Of a stretch of DNA of 64,000 nt, positions 8,448 through 20,100 are shown piece by piece. Made by a program: the position numbers and the translations under genes. The notes beneath the pieces were generated by a model, which was not told where the DNA came from, searched no databases, and worked only from the letters and a program-made list of their open reading frames with translations. Source of the stretch: a virus (lineage: Duplodnaviria > Caudoviricetes); the IMG/VR virus record IMGVR_UViG_3300017909_001085, positions 61,861 through 125,860 of that record. One strand, 5' to 3'. Each line of letters starts with the position of its first letter. The stretch's first letter is position 1.

Positions 8448-10823
8448 TTAAATAAATCTTACAACTTCTAGTTTTGTAGCATCAACTGGAATCGTTGTCA
8501 TATACAACTTATTACCAATAATGATATACTGTGTCGGGTCTTGCAATTCACCCTCTAAGTAAACCAAAAGTTTTTGTTCGTTATATGTATCTTGCACTGT
8601 ACCAAACGAGTGCTTTTCAAATACAAGGTCACCCAAATCAAAAATCTGCTGAGACCCATTACATGTAAATATTAGTTTTCTAGTTTCTAAATCAGTTTCA
8701 CTAGAAGTTCCTGTGAAAGTAGTGATATCAAAAATACCTTGAACTTCAATAAATGCATCTTGAGAAGGTGCAGTATTGAATGTTAATGTAGTGCCACTCA
8801 ATGCATATTCTTCTTCTCTTAGAACTTTACCATTTACTACTACCATAACACCAAAGTCTGCAGGTGTAGTTGTTGATGTGAACGGAAGCGTAAACTGTGT
8901 AGCAGAACCAGTGCCTCTAAACATTGCTTTTCTTCTGTTAGCGGCGGCAACTTGTGTACACTTCAATACTTTACAATCGATGATTGATCCGAACGCAGGA
9001 TTTTCATCAAAGAAGCACAATTTATTTTTTTCTACAAAGTAGGAATCATCATTTTGATATACACCATTAATATAAACCATGACAGCATCATCTGATGATG
9101 GGTGCAGTTCAATCGTTCCAGTAGCGGCGTCCATTAGACGAAGGAACTGATGGTCACCAGCACCTGTTGATGCTACGCCAGTCATTGTCATTTGTTTAGC
9201 ATCTTGTGTATTGTGTCCAGCAGAAGAGTTGAGATTATCAAAGAAAATCATTTCAACATTTACTGATTGGTCAGATGAACCTGGAGCACCTCCGAAGGTG
9301 AATCCACCGCCACCATTATATTGATATGTAGTTTTGTCCTGAATAATACCATCAATGATAACCATCAGCAGATTTTCATCACTAAGTTGACCAAAAGACC
9401 CTTGTTTTGCAACATTCGGTGTGTTGGTCAGATGAAAACTTGCATTTGAACCATTCGATGACCAAACTATTCTAGAAACACTAGTATCAGAGACAAGAAC
9501 AGTATCGTCATTACCTACAATTTGGTCAATTCTTCTAATTTCAACTTTGGCCGCTTGGTCATCAACACCAACATACGAACCTAAATCAACAATTTGATTT
9601 GACGCTCCTGAACCTTCGTTAAAATTTGCAGACATTACAGTGTATTGACTAAACGGTTGAATAATACCATCTACTGATACAAGAATATCTTCTTCAGTAG
9701 CAGGCAGTGCATAAGTCGTTTCTTTTTGATATTCGTTATTTGTAGAATCCCACACATGATTGTTTATGTCAAAATATCTTTGTCCGTTTCTATCTGTGAC
9801 TGCAGTAATAGTTACTGTTGCATCATTTGTAGAACCACTTTGAATAATAGTTAGTACTTCGTTATTTTGGTAATTGTAAGCGAAATCACCACCACCTAAG
9901 TCTGTATTAAGTGCAACTGCAGTTACAACACCGCCAGAAGCAGTGATGTTCACTCTCATGCCTTGACCAGAACCACCTCTTGCTTCTAGATTGTTTGCAG
10001 TTGCATATCCTGAAGTACCTGCGGCAGTTGGCGTTGTATTAATAGTTGTGGGTACACCAGAGATGTGCTTCGACATTTGTACTCGTCTACCAAGGTTACT
10101 GTACGTTGTACCTTTAAGACCTCTAAACTCAATCGGAGTGTTTTCAGTTAATGCACTTTCATGAACATACTTGTACTCGTTTACAATTGCATATTCATTA
10201 TGATTAGACATTACTGATGCACTAGCACCCCCTCTAAATACAAGAAGATTGTTCTCATTATCATTCTTTTGGTGCATAGGCACAATGTTTTGTAGACCAT
10301 CTGTGATTGCTCTAGTTCTTTTAATTGATAAGTTATTAGATGCTTGCACGTTACCTGATGGGTCAATAACATCATAGATACCACGAATTTCTATTTCTTG
10401 GTCAACAGATGGAGTTTGAGTTAATACAACTTTACTTCCAACTACAACATAATCTTTATCTTGAAGGACATCACCATTCTTTGTTACGATGATTGAGTAT
10501 TCATCTGGTGGAGTGAATCCACATGAGAATATTCTCTGAGAACCATCTGCTACATAAGTCTTGCTTCTTACTGATTGAAATTCAGATGCTTTAAGTGCTT
10601 GAATAATAACTTCTGCGCCGTCTGCTGGAGCGTCTGACAACAGTATAGTATTTGGATGCTTAAATACGAAATCTTGGTCGTTTAGATAAACACCATCGAT
10701 ATATACAGACAGTTGATTATCGCTGATTGGGATAAATTCTGTTCTGTATATCTTTCTCACACCATCGGCAATAAACCTCTGGGTTCTGATATTATTTCCT
10801 TTAGTTCTTCCAATGTAAGGCAT
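8448..10823 (-). CDS. Repeat-containing tail fibre / structural protein
   Basis: About 8 repeats of DG...F...(L/V).V.IDG..Q....Y...G..L.F...P, typical of marine myovirus fibres. Confidence 0.7.
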   Translation of the reverse strand: MPYIGRTKGNNIRTQRFIADGVRKIYRTEFIPISDNQLSVYIDGVYLNDQDFVFKHPNTILLSDAPADGAEVIIQALKASEFQSVRSKTYVADGSQRIFSCGFTPPDEYSIIVTKNGDVLQDKDYVVVGSKVVLTQTPSVDQEIEIRGIYDVIDPSGNVQASNNLSIKRTRAITDGLQNIVPMHQKNDNENNLLVFRGGASASVMSNHNEYAIVNEYKYVHESALTENTPIEFRGLKGTTYSNLGRRVQMSKHISGVPTTINTTPTAAGTSGYATANNLEARGGSGQGMRVNITASGGVVTAVALNTDLGGGDFAYNYQNNEVLTIIQSGSTNDATVTITAVTDRNGQRYFDINNHVWDSTNNEYQKETTYALPATEEDILVSVDGIIQPFSQYTVMSANFNEGSGASNQIVDLGSYVGVDDQAAKVEIRRIDQIVGNDDTVLVSDTSVSRIVWSSNGSNASFHLTNTPNVAKQGSFGQLSDENLLMVIIDGIIQDKTTYQYNGGGGFTFGGAPGSSDQSVNVEMIFFDNLNSSAGHNTQDAKQMTMTGVASTGAGDHQFLRLMDAATGTIELHPSSDDAVMVYINGVYQNDDSYFVEKNKLCFFDENPAFGSIIDCKVLKCTQVAAANRRKAMFRGTGSATQFTLPFTSTTTPADFGVMVVVNGKVLREEEYALSGTTLTFNTAPSQDAFIEVQGIFDITTFTGTSSETDLETRKLIFTCNGSQQIFDLGDLVFEKHSFGTVQDTYNEQKLLVYLEGELQDPTQYIIIGNKLYMTTIPVDATKLEVVRFI

Positions 10824-10838
10824 CTGTTATCTCTCTCT

Positions 10839-11174
10839 TTACGGTGTAAATTCTAGTACATTGACAACAACATCCAAAGAACTTGCTCTTGATGCTTTTA
10901 CTTTCACTATTTCTCCATCGTTCAAATTGATTGGTCGCTCAAGAACCGCTCCCAAGTTTGCTTGAACAGGATATAAGTATGCTACATGAAATTCATTACT
11001 TGCGCCATCGTCAATAACGATATTCACATACAAATCTTCAAGGTTGTATGTATTTGTAATGTAAATTGAATGAATAACAGCATACTTACCACTCGGTACA
11101 GTGTACAATGTACTTCCTGACCCTGTGGCAGATGCTCCACTCACTTTTGTATTTTTGAATATACCTGTTGCCAT
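10839..11174 (-). CDS. Small virion structural protein (paralogue of 12910-13245)
   Basis: MA..F.N, LYTVP and L..G/S..(V/L).V pattern; late promoter at 11198-11205. Confidence 0.65.
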   Translation of the reverse strand: MATGIFKNTKVSGASATGSGSTLYTVPSGKYAVIHSIYITNTYNLEDLYVNIVIDDGASNEFHVAYLYPVQANLGAVLERPINLNDGEIVKVKASRASSLDVVVNVLEFTP

Positions 11175-11209
11175 TTCTAGTTCCTATCTCTTATTCATAT
11201 TTATAATAC

Positions 11210-12907
11210 TTACGACATCGCAATTGCAAAGAAACCTAAGTCTTCGCCAAGTGCAGGAGGTGCGACAAGACTTCGTGCAAGTTTCTTCAAAGCACCACCA
11301 TCAGATGCGTCTGATATAACCAAGTCATCTGAATTTTGCACTGATGTTGCTCTTGTTAGACCGTTAATCAAGTTAGTTACTGCACCTGTCTGGTCGAGAG
11401 ATGCGGCGCCAACTGAACCACTTGCAATGCTTGTCGTTACTGACATTGTAGTATCTTGTAAATCTGTCATTGTTGATGATACTGTACCAGTCACATCACC
11501 AGTCAAAGTAACTGTGAGTGATGGGTCGTTAAATGTAGCATCGATATAAAATCTGTTATTTGCATCGTCATGATGCAATGTGATTGCATTACCTGTACCT
11601 TGTACTGTTCCACCAGTATTTGATGTATTTTCGAATGCGCCTATTCTATCTCTTAATGCTTCAAGACCCGTTACTGATAAGTTATCGAAATCTACATTTG
11701 TTTTACCTGCTAGACTTGTAGTCATAGTTGCGGCAAAGTTTGCATCATCTCCAAGTGATGCGGCAAGTTCATCAAGCGTATCAAGTGCGGCAGGTGAACT
11801 ATTAATTAAGTTAGCAACTGCAGTTCTGACATATGCAGTTGAAGCAACTCTCTGTCCGTTATCTGTTTGTTCTGCAGTAAATACATTCATATCTACTGTA
11901 TTAGGTATAGTAACTACACGTTGATTACCCTTTGTAATAGTTATTGTTGCGCCAGCACTTTCTGTCGCAGTTGAAGTTCCGTCTGCAGAACGAACTGTAA
12001 GAACATCGTTTGTTTTTGATATAACTCTAAATTCTTTATTATTATTTGATTGAGCGGCACCAGTTACTTCGATAACATCACCATATGATACACTACCGAA
12101 AGATGATCCACCACCTGTGATTGTATTACTATTACTAAATGATATATTTGTTACTGCAGTGACAATGTTAGTAGGGTTGGCATTCTTTGTCATGTCAATA
12201 TAGAAACTATCAGCATGTGATGCTTTTGTTCCTTCTACAATAGAGAAACCACCACCTGAACCTGTGACATTGTTATGAAGAATAAGTTTACCTGCACCCA
12301 TACCAAAACCGCCTGCATTATTATTATTGTTATCAGTAAATCTTACTTCTGTTCCAGCGGTTGCTTTAGGTGCGTTACTGTCTTTTATTGTAAGTAAAGG
12401 ATTAGTACCAGTTTGTGTTATACTGTTATTATTAATTGCTACAGCATCATTCAATTCTGTTTGACCAGTTACAGTCAGTTTAGTATTGAGTGTAAGTCCA
12501 ACATCAGGATTATGTGTAAGCGTTACGTCTTGGTCATCGCCAAAATAGAGTACTGAACTGTCTGCAAAATATGCATCTGAGAAACCTTTTGATGCAGAAC
12601 CTATAGTCGCACCATCGTTTGCGTCAGGTAGTAAATCAGTACCAACATTAATCGTAGGAACAGTTAAAGACGTTGTTGCTACAACATCATCAATGTACAA
12701 GTTAGCAAATCTTGTTCCAGTTGCTCCAATATCATGTGTGCTATCTGCACTTGCTAGTATACTATTAGCAATAGTCGTTGATGCATCTGCAATTGTAATT
12801 TTAGTTGCTGTTGCGTTGTCATCAATACCTGTTGATGCAAATGTGGTGATTGTACCACCATCTACTCTGTTACCTGATACTCTCGGTTGTGCGCCTACAT
12901 ACTTCAT
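11210..12907 (-). CDS. Tail fibre protein
   Basis: VASTAYV.TAVANLINSSPAALDTLDELAASLGDDANFAATMT, a common phage fibre segment. Confidence 0.75.
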   Translation of the reverse strand: MKYVGAQPRVSGNRVDGGTITTFASTGIDDNATATKITIADASTTIANSILASADSTHDIGATGTRFANLYIDDVVATTSLTVPTINVGTDLLPDANDGATIGSASKGFSDAYFADSSVLYFGDDQDVTLTHNPDVGLTLNTKLTVTGQTELNDAVAINNNSITQTGTNPLLTIKDSNAPKATAGTEVRFTDNNNNNAGGFGMGAGKLILHNNVTGSGGGFSIVEGTKASHADSFYIDMTKNANPTNIVTAVTNISFSNSNTITGGGSSFGSVSYGDVIEVTGAAQSNNNKEFRVISKTNDVLTVRSADGTSTATESAGATITITKGNQRVVTIPNTVDMNVFTAEQTDNGQRVASTAYVRTAVANLINSSPAALDTLDELAASLGDDANFAATMTTSLAGKTNVDFDNLSVTGLEALRDRIGAFENTSNTGGTVQGTGNAITLHHDDANNRFYIDATFNDPSLTVTLTGDVTGTVSSTMTDLQDTTMSVTTSIASGSVGAASLDQTGAVTNLINGLTRATSVQNSDDLVISDASDGGALKKLARSLVAPPALGEDLGFFAIAMS

Positions 12908-12909
12908 GA

Positions 12910-13245
12910 TTAAATGTCCTCTAATATACTAGCGATTACATTCAGTGATGATGCTGTATTTGACGTTACTGCAAGTTTATCGCTCTCTGCTAGAACAATT
13001 TTCTGTCCACTAATAAATGAGAGTGTCGAGTTCGCTGGTATGTTTAGATTGTTTCCAATCACAACATATGAAGTTGCAGAGTTATCATAAATTTCAACAT
13101 CAACTGTAATAGCACTAGAATGAACATTAGCGAGTTCTAGACTAATAATCATACTACGCTTTCCTGTTGCGGAAGGAGCAGTATACAAATCAGTTCTAGC
13201 GGTTCCAACGCCACTTGCTATACTATTTTGAAAGTCGTTTGCCAT
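12910..13245 (-). CDS. Small virion structural protein
   Basis: MANDFQN..LYTAP..KIVL..SD.L.V..SILE; paralogue of 10839-11174. Confidence 0.65.
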   Translation of the reverse strand: MANDFQNSIASGVGTARTDLYTAPSATGKRSMIISLELANVHSSAITVDVEIYDNSATSYVVIGNNLNIPANSTLSFISGQKIVLAESDKLAVTSNTASSLNVIASILEDI

Positions 13246-13269
13246 TTTATTCCTCTATCTTTCTACTAT

Positions 13270-13611
13270 TTATTCAACAAATCCATGAGCATCAAAATCA
13301 GTAACATCTCCGAATGATGCCATAGGATGCATATCGTATGCTTGTGGTTCTGCTTCACTAATTCTAAAAGTATCAATTTCATCTTTTAGATTATTCATAC
13401 TTTCTACTAGACTTTCTGAACCAGGACGGAGAGTTGCATCAATTGTTGATAAGTCGCCTAAATCACTTTTTATCAAATTAACACCACCGGTCAAGTTGTT
13501 ACCTAAGTCTGTGTTAAGACCTGCTAAGTCTCCAACTTTCTGTCCGAGTGTGTTTGTATTATCAAACCACTGCTTCATACTAATTAATCTTGTAAAATCA
13601 ATAATCGCCAT
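13270..13611 (-). CDS. Fibritin/collar-like coiled-coil structural protein
   Basis: QW...TN..GDL..L.T repeats; paralogue of 13614-13895. Confidence 0.5.
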   Translation of the reverse strand: MAIIDFTRLISMKQWFDNTNTLGQKVGDLAGLNTDLGNNLTGGVNLIKSDLGDLSTIDATLRPGSESLVESMNNLKDEIDTFRISEAEPQAYDMHPMASFGDVTDFDAHGFVE

Positions 13612-13613
13612 TT

Positions 13614-13895
13614 TTATGCAAACGCAATCAATACTGGTCTAGTCAATGCTGAAGAACCACTTAATGCATCAAAATCAGATTTGATTTCATTCATTGATCC
13701 CACAAGACTGGACTTCTGTGCAGTAGTTAGTTGCGTCAAGTCTCCTTGTTCGTTGTCTAGTTCGTTTAATCCACCCACTACGTTTGTAGCAGTTGTAGTG
13801 ATTGTAGCAGTGTCACCAAGATTAGTAGAGATAGTATTAGTTTTACTTCTCCATTGGTCTAAACTGTCTGTTATATTTACTACTGTTACTGCCAT
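13614..13895 (-). CDS. Fibritin/collar-like coiled-coil structural protein
   Basis: DSLDQWRSKTN...GDL..LTT..KSSLVG.MNE. Confidence 0.5.
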   Translation of the reverse strand: MAVTVVNITDSLDQWRSKTNTISTNLGDTATITTTATNVVGGLNELDNEQGDLTQLTTAQKSSLVGSMNEIKSDFDALSGSSALTRPVLIAFA

Positions 13896-13896
13896 T

Positions 13897-14121
13897 TTAT
13901 TTCTCCAAAACTTTTATAAGCATGTTTTTTATTTCACTCATTTCATCTTTGAGAGTATTTATCTCATCACATAGAGTGGCAACTCTTTGCTTTTCTGCTT
14001 GCTTGTTTCTTTGTATAGTCATATATCTGCTATATTCAACTCGGTTAGAATTAACAATACCTCCACTATGACGGTCTCTAAGTAAATCAGTATGTCCTTC
14101 AATTCTTATGTGTTTGCTCAT
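13897..14121 (-). CDS. Conserved hypothetical protein downstream of VrlC
   Basis: IEGH.DL.RD..SG.I.N followed by a coiled coil ending EIKNML. Confidence 0.7.
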   Translation of the reverse strand: MSKHIRIEGHTDLLRDRHSGGIVNSNRVEYSRYMTIQRNKQAEKQRVATLCDEINTLKDEMSEIKNMLIKVLEK

Positions 14122-14122
14122 A

Positions 14123-17100
14123 TTACAACGCCAATGCTATAACTCTCAAGTTCTTTATCTTAGGTACAAACGATGTGTTTGTAGATTTCATAACAATCTT
14201 AATTGCTACTGCAGAAAACTCTGCTAATCCCTCTACTAGATGAGTTCTCTCTCTAAAGACTGTAGGATCACCATCTGCACTATCAGACACTTCAGTATCA
14301 ACTTTTCTAAATGGAATTGTTTCAAACTTTTGTTCAGTGCCATCAGTAATTACTTTATAGTACACATCAACAGTACAAGATGCAGGTCTATTCATTTCAT
14401 ACACTATCTTAATTGCTGTAGATGGATTCTCTAGAGTAAATCTTCTAGTCACATAGTTTGCTAAGTTCGATGCTCCAGATGGTGCAATGTCACTCAAAAA
14501 CTTTTCATGCTGTACGATTGTTACTGCATTAGAAGCACTTTCATTAGTAGCAGGTACTGGTGTTGTTGTAATAGTTGCAGTTGTGCCATCGTTCTTATAA
14601 TTACTAATCAAATACTTTTGATTGTTACCAGCATTTGCGGCACCTGATATTGTGATAAATTTACCAATATCTAAAGTATCAAACAATGCTCTTGCGGCAG
14701 TGTTTGTTGTAGTAATGTTACCATTTGTATTTGAGAATGCTACAGTTGTATTTGCACTTACTGCAGTTCTATCATCATGAGTACTTAGATTAACGTCTGT
14801 CTCAACTCTACTATCAATTCTATTTGAAATAGCACACAGAGATACACGCTGGGAATCAATCATTGGTGATACGAAATCATTCAGTGTATTAAATGTTGCT
14901 CTAATTCTAGCAGAGTATCCAACAGTTGCATTTTCATTTTCTTTTGAATTGATAATCATAGGTTCATCATATTCTTGATTTTGATTTTCTTGAACTGGTT
15001 TGAATCCAGTGAAAGTTCCGCCTGCTTTTTTCTGAACATTCATATCATATGTCAAAGATGATTGTGCAAAACGAATATTTGTGAGCGTAGGTTGAATAAG
15101 GTCTGCAACAAAGTTTCTAGTTGCTTGAACATTTCCACCCCCTACTGTATCACTAGACAATCCAGAGATACCGTTCACAACATTAGACGCATTGACTTCG
15201 ATAACATAAGTATCATTTGTTACAGGTGCAACAACAGTATGTTGTTTATTAAATTCAGTATGAGGTATGCCATTTGTAGTCGAGTTTGCTCCATAGAATC
15301 CAGAAGCAACATTAGCAATCGTTACTTTATCGCCTGCTGATAGACCATGATTTCTTTGTGTAACACGAACTTTGTTAGTGTTAGGTGCAGTTTCAAATGG
15401 ATTGTTATTAAGAACAGTGAAACCATTTCTCACATTCTTAAAGTCCATTACTGCGACACTACCCGTGAACGATGCACGATATATTGTCATCTTAATATCT
15501 CTAGTTTGATGCGGTGTCCATGTATTACCATTCTGTGATAAGAACATAGTACCAGTCAATGGGTTTCTAGAAATTGTTCTGTTATCTCCAAGATTACTCT
15601 CGCCAATATCAGAGAAGAATACTTTACATCCAGGTTGGTCAACTTTAATCAGCAATGCATAAGTGACTTCACCCGCCATGAACACTGGACTATCGAATGT
15701 CACAGTTGTTGGTACAGATGCATCTGTAGATACATTCACATCTGCAACGTCAATAATTTTTTGTTGAAGAATTTTTAATCCAGGGAATCCATCTTTTGTA
15801 TTAACAAGTTGAATAATGATAGGTCTTGTTCCTGCTTCATTAAAATACAAATCAACTTTAGTAACCATAACACCATCTTTTGCTTCGTTGATAACAAAAG
15901 TTTGTGCTAGTGGATCGTGCTGACCGCAACCGCCACCTGCGCCTGAACCGCCGCCATCGCCGCCGTCACCACCGTCTGCAGATGGTGGTGGTTGAACTCT
16001 TGAAGTTCTTTGGAAACGAGTTGAACCAGTAATATTTCTTGATATTTCTCTTTCTTCTTCTACACGGTCACGAACAAATTCTGCTTGTCTAAGAGATAGA
16101 ATAGTTTCTTCTCTTGTTTCATTAATACCTGTTGCGTGAAATATTCTCTCCGCTTTAGTAGTGTGAACCCCAATTTCAATATTGTTTGTATTATTATCAA
16201 TAAATCTTAAAGTTCTATCACCAGTTCTGAATTTAAGAGTGTCGGTGTTAGGTACTACGAATACACCAGTATAAGTACCCTCACTGTCAGTAATGTTATC
16301 ATCTCCAAACTGTTTCAAGTTTTTGTATACATCTGTAGAAGTTGCATCTGATACGCTATTAACTGCAGTAATTGTACACAAATTCTTTGCGCCTAATGCA
16401 TTGTCAATTGTTCCTGTAAGGTCATCACCAATTGCAAATCCATTCTTGATATTTGAAACATGGAATGTATGAGGAAGTGTATCTGATGTTTCTGTGTTTA
16501 GGTGTCCAGCATAACTGACAACTCCAGATGCTTGCTGTCTAGTTACAGTACCACCAGAGGTGTATGCAGTTACAGTAGTGATTGGCGTACCGGTTGCATC
16601 AAAATTAACAATCGTAAATGTGTTTGCACTAGTATCTACGCTTTCAACTCTATACTTACCTTCATTCAGTTCTGTCGAACCTACAATACTATCAAAAGTC
16701 ACGACATGACCAACTGAGATACCTGATACGGTAGATGCTGTAATAGTCACGGTGTTACCAACTTTCACTACATTTGATATTGAAGTTGCTGTGTGAACAG
16801 AGTTTCTTACAACATCTCCAAGAGCAAATGCAAGCGCAGGATATGCGATATCGGAATCTGGGTCTACGAAAGTACCAAAGTAACGAGCATCATCTGTATC
16901 GAATTCAACTCCAGGGTCTTGTAGTGGGTCAAACTGAAAATCTGTTCTGTTTGGTGCAGTTACAGTAAATTTATCATCTGGTTTTACATATGCATTGATG
17001 TTGACATTATCAAAGAACCCATTGATTTTAGTTCTAGGTTTCATGTTATCAATCTGAATATGAATTGGTATTTCACGCATGTATGGAATCATAGACATAT

Positions 17101-20100
17101 CTACAATTCTATCACCCATCGCTTTATCAACTGTTGAATTTAGAAGTTTGGTTTCTACACCTTCACGAACTTGACCAACTTGTTGAGTGCCAACTTCTTG
17201 CATAATGTTACCATTCCATCCGCCTGATGTACCACTACCAATTCTCACTTCGCCAGTAAAGATTTGTTCGCCAAACCAGTTGTCTTGCCATGATTCCCAA
17301 ACTGTACCTTCAACACCAATCTCATCTGCTAAGAATTGAATTGCATCAAAGTTGTTATCATCGACAACCACAAGGTCAGGTCTACGAGTTGTATCTTTCC
17401 AGTCATCTGAAGCAGGTGTCAAAATCATCTCTCCAGTATATGGAGAAACTTTATATGCATTAACTTCCATACTATCAGAAGCATATTCATTCTCAATATA
17501 TGGTAATTCAGTGTAATTTAGTGTTACAATACCATCTTTATGTTTTCTATAATTTGCGGCAGTTCTTTGTGCGTCTGTAGAGTTTTCTTCAACCATCTTC
17601 ACAATTTCAGTATGTGCCATTGGTCGAGCAATGTGTCGCTTCATATCAATCGCAACACGATAGTCAGGTGAACCTACATTACCGATTCCATGACCTTTGA
17701 AATTATCTACAATGAAACCATTTTTCAGTCTAGGATTACCGTCAGCATCTAATATCAGCAAATCAGTTGTTGCTTTCTCAAGCAAGTTGAGCGAACTGAC
17801 TTCTTCAAGATTAGAAATTCTAGTCTCAAGTCTACCAATATCTTTCATAGTGTAGCGTTTATTTTTAATCTTTCTCGCAACAACTTCAGAAGTATCGATA
17901 ACATAAGGTTTATATGTCACTTCGAAAAGCGTCATTGCTTTACCAAGGTCGAGAGGTGGTCTTGGATTAATATCAGGAACACCAGGTATTCTGATAAACT
18001 TGCCATCAAAGTTCATTGCAATCTTATCAATACGCCCTAAGAAATATGTGAAGTCTGCATTGAAGTTTGTACCAATCATAGGAATTTCAGTTACAGAACC
18101 ACCACTACCTGTGAATGATCCCCCACTATCTTGAATTCTAGGTCTAAAGTCTATGCAATCACGCAAGTCAAAAGTAGCACCATTTCCGTCAGGTGATGAA
18201 TATTGCGGAATATCTTCGTAATCTACAACACCATCATAACTGTCTACTGAGAAGTAGTCACCACCAGAATGTGTGAAGAAATCAAATGTTACTAGTAGAC
18301 GCCCTGTAGGTGCAGGACGACCCGGTTTAAGAACAATTCTTGCTAAGTCATAGAATGCATCTCTTTGACCATTATCGAATGTAAATCTATCTGTGATGTC
18401 TTGGTCAGATGAAGTAGCATTAGTACTAAAGTCTGCCGCCATTTTGACAGACTTGAGTGCAAATCCGTCTGCTTTACCTAAAGTAATTTCTGTTTTTTGC
18501 GCCTCTGCTTGAGTTGTAATCTGAACTGTTGAATTTGGTTGAAGTGCTTTCGTTTTTTCAGCACCAGCGGCACTAGAAATTTGAACTGAAGCAATAATTT
18601 CAACCGAATTACCATTTGTTGGATTCGCACCAGATGGTAGAGTTTTAGATAAAAGATTACTAATTGTTAATGTTCTGCCATTATTTGTTAGTGCTAAATC
18701 ACCTGCTGTAATAGGTATGATTGCACCAACATCGGCAGTTGCAAGTGTAGAACCAGTTCCTGTAGCAGTCAAGACTACAATAAAGTTTTGTAAGTTTGAT
18801 ACAGATGCAAAGGATTCGTTGTCAGGAACAGTAAACTGTGCGGCACCTGCGGCAATATTGTATGATGGAGTAAAATGTCTTCTTACTGTGTAAGTAGATG
18901 ACAATACATTGTCTGGATTCTGTGCATCAGAACCACGAATTTTTCTCATTCTAAAGTATCCAGTAGGAAATACTAGAATTTTTTGGTCTGGTCTTAAAAG
19001 TTCTGCAGAGAAACGCTTGACAGTACCACCTGCTACAGCGACAAGACCGTTACCAGTTAGTTCTAATTCTAAGTTATTTGTAACACTAGCAACTTCACCA
19101 ATTCTAACATCACCTGTTGTGTTTGTCAAGAATAATACATCACCTGCACGGACTTGAGAGTTGAATGCAGTACCAACACCAGTTACAGTAGGGTCTCCAG
19201 TACCGACTGTTGCAGTACCAGATAGCGCCACTAGTTTAGGTTCAACATTACATGAGAATGTAGCACTTGATGGTGTTGAACTATCACCGAATGCTCTAGC
19301 ATCTCTAGCAAAATCTTTACCATCATTCATTTGAATGTCAAAAATACTAAGTTTATATGTTACATCATCAATATTTCCAGTATAGTCACCATCATGAAGT
19401 TGTATACCTCTAAGATTTGCACTACCAATTACTGCAGGTGATCCACTTATGAAATCATCATAGATGAATACTTCTGCAAAATCATTGATATCTGCGGCAC
19501 CAGTTAGTGTGTTTACTAGAACAAAGTTGCCAACATCTGTTTGAATTGGTGTATCAACTACACTGTTAAATGTTCTTGGTTTATCAACATTAAGAAACTG
19601 TGTGATTTTACTTTCGACTTCGTAACCTTGAACATATGCTTTACCAGGTTCAATACCAAGAGCAAGTTTTGCGGCATCTCCAGGTGTATCTGCATTTGAA
19701 TCCCACACACCTCTGTTAGTGCCGTCATTCAGGTGTTCACGAACATCAAGTCTAAATGGTTTTACCTCATAGTCACCGCTTTCATCGTATGTTCTTCTAG
19801 CAAACTCTTCTTGTAAGAAGTTATATGTTGCTTTCTCAACAAGTTTAGAAATCTGTCCTTGTTCACACCTTGCAAGTTCAATAAAGTTTACATCATCTTT
19901 TGATGTGAGTGATTTTTTAGTTAGTGTTAGTGTAATTTTATATCTGTGTGCGCCAGGAGCGGCAAAGTTAGACGCTCCTTGTGCGTTGTCTTTAAGGGAC
20001 TCATCTTCTTCAGGTGTTATTGTAGTTTGTGATACTTGAAACCCTACACGAAAAGATGGATAGTTATGATATGGTTCAAGCAGAATTCTTTGTGCTTCGT

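Noticed and set aside
15925-15990. GC-rich Gly/Asp patch in VrlC
   Set aside because: Low-complexity linker before DPLAQTF; no evidence of an inserted element
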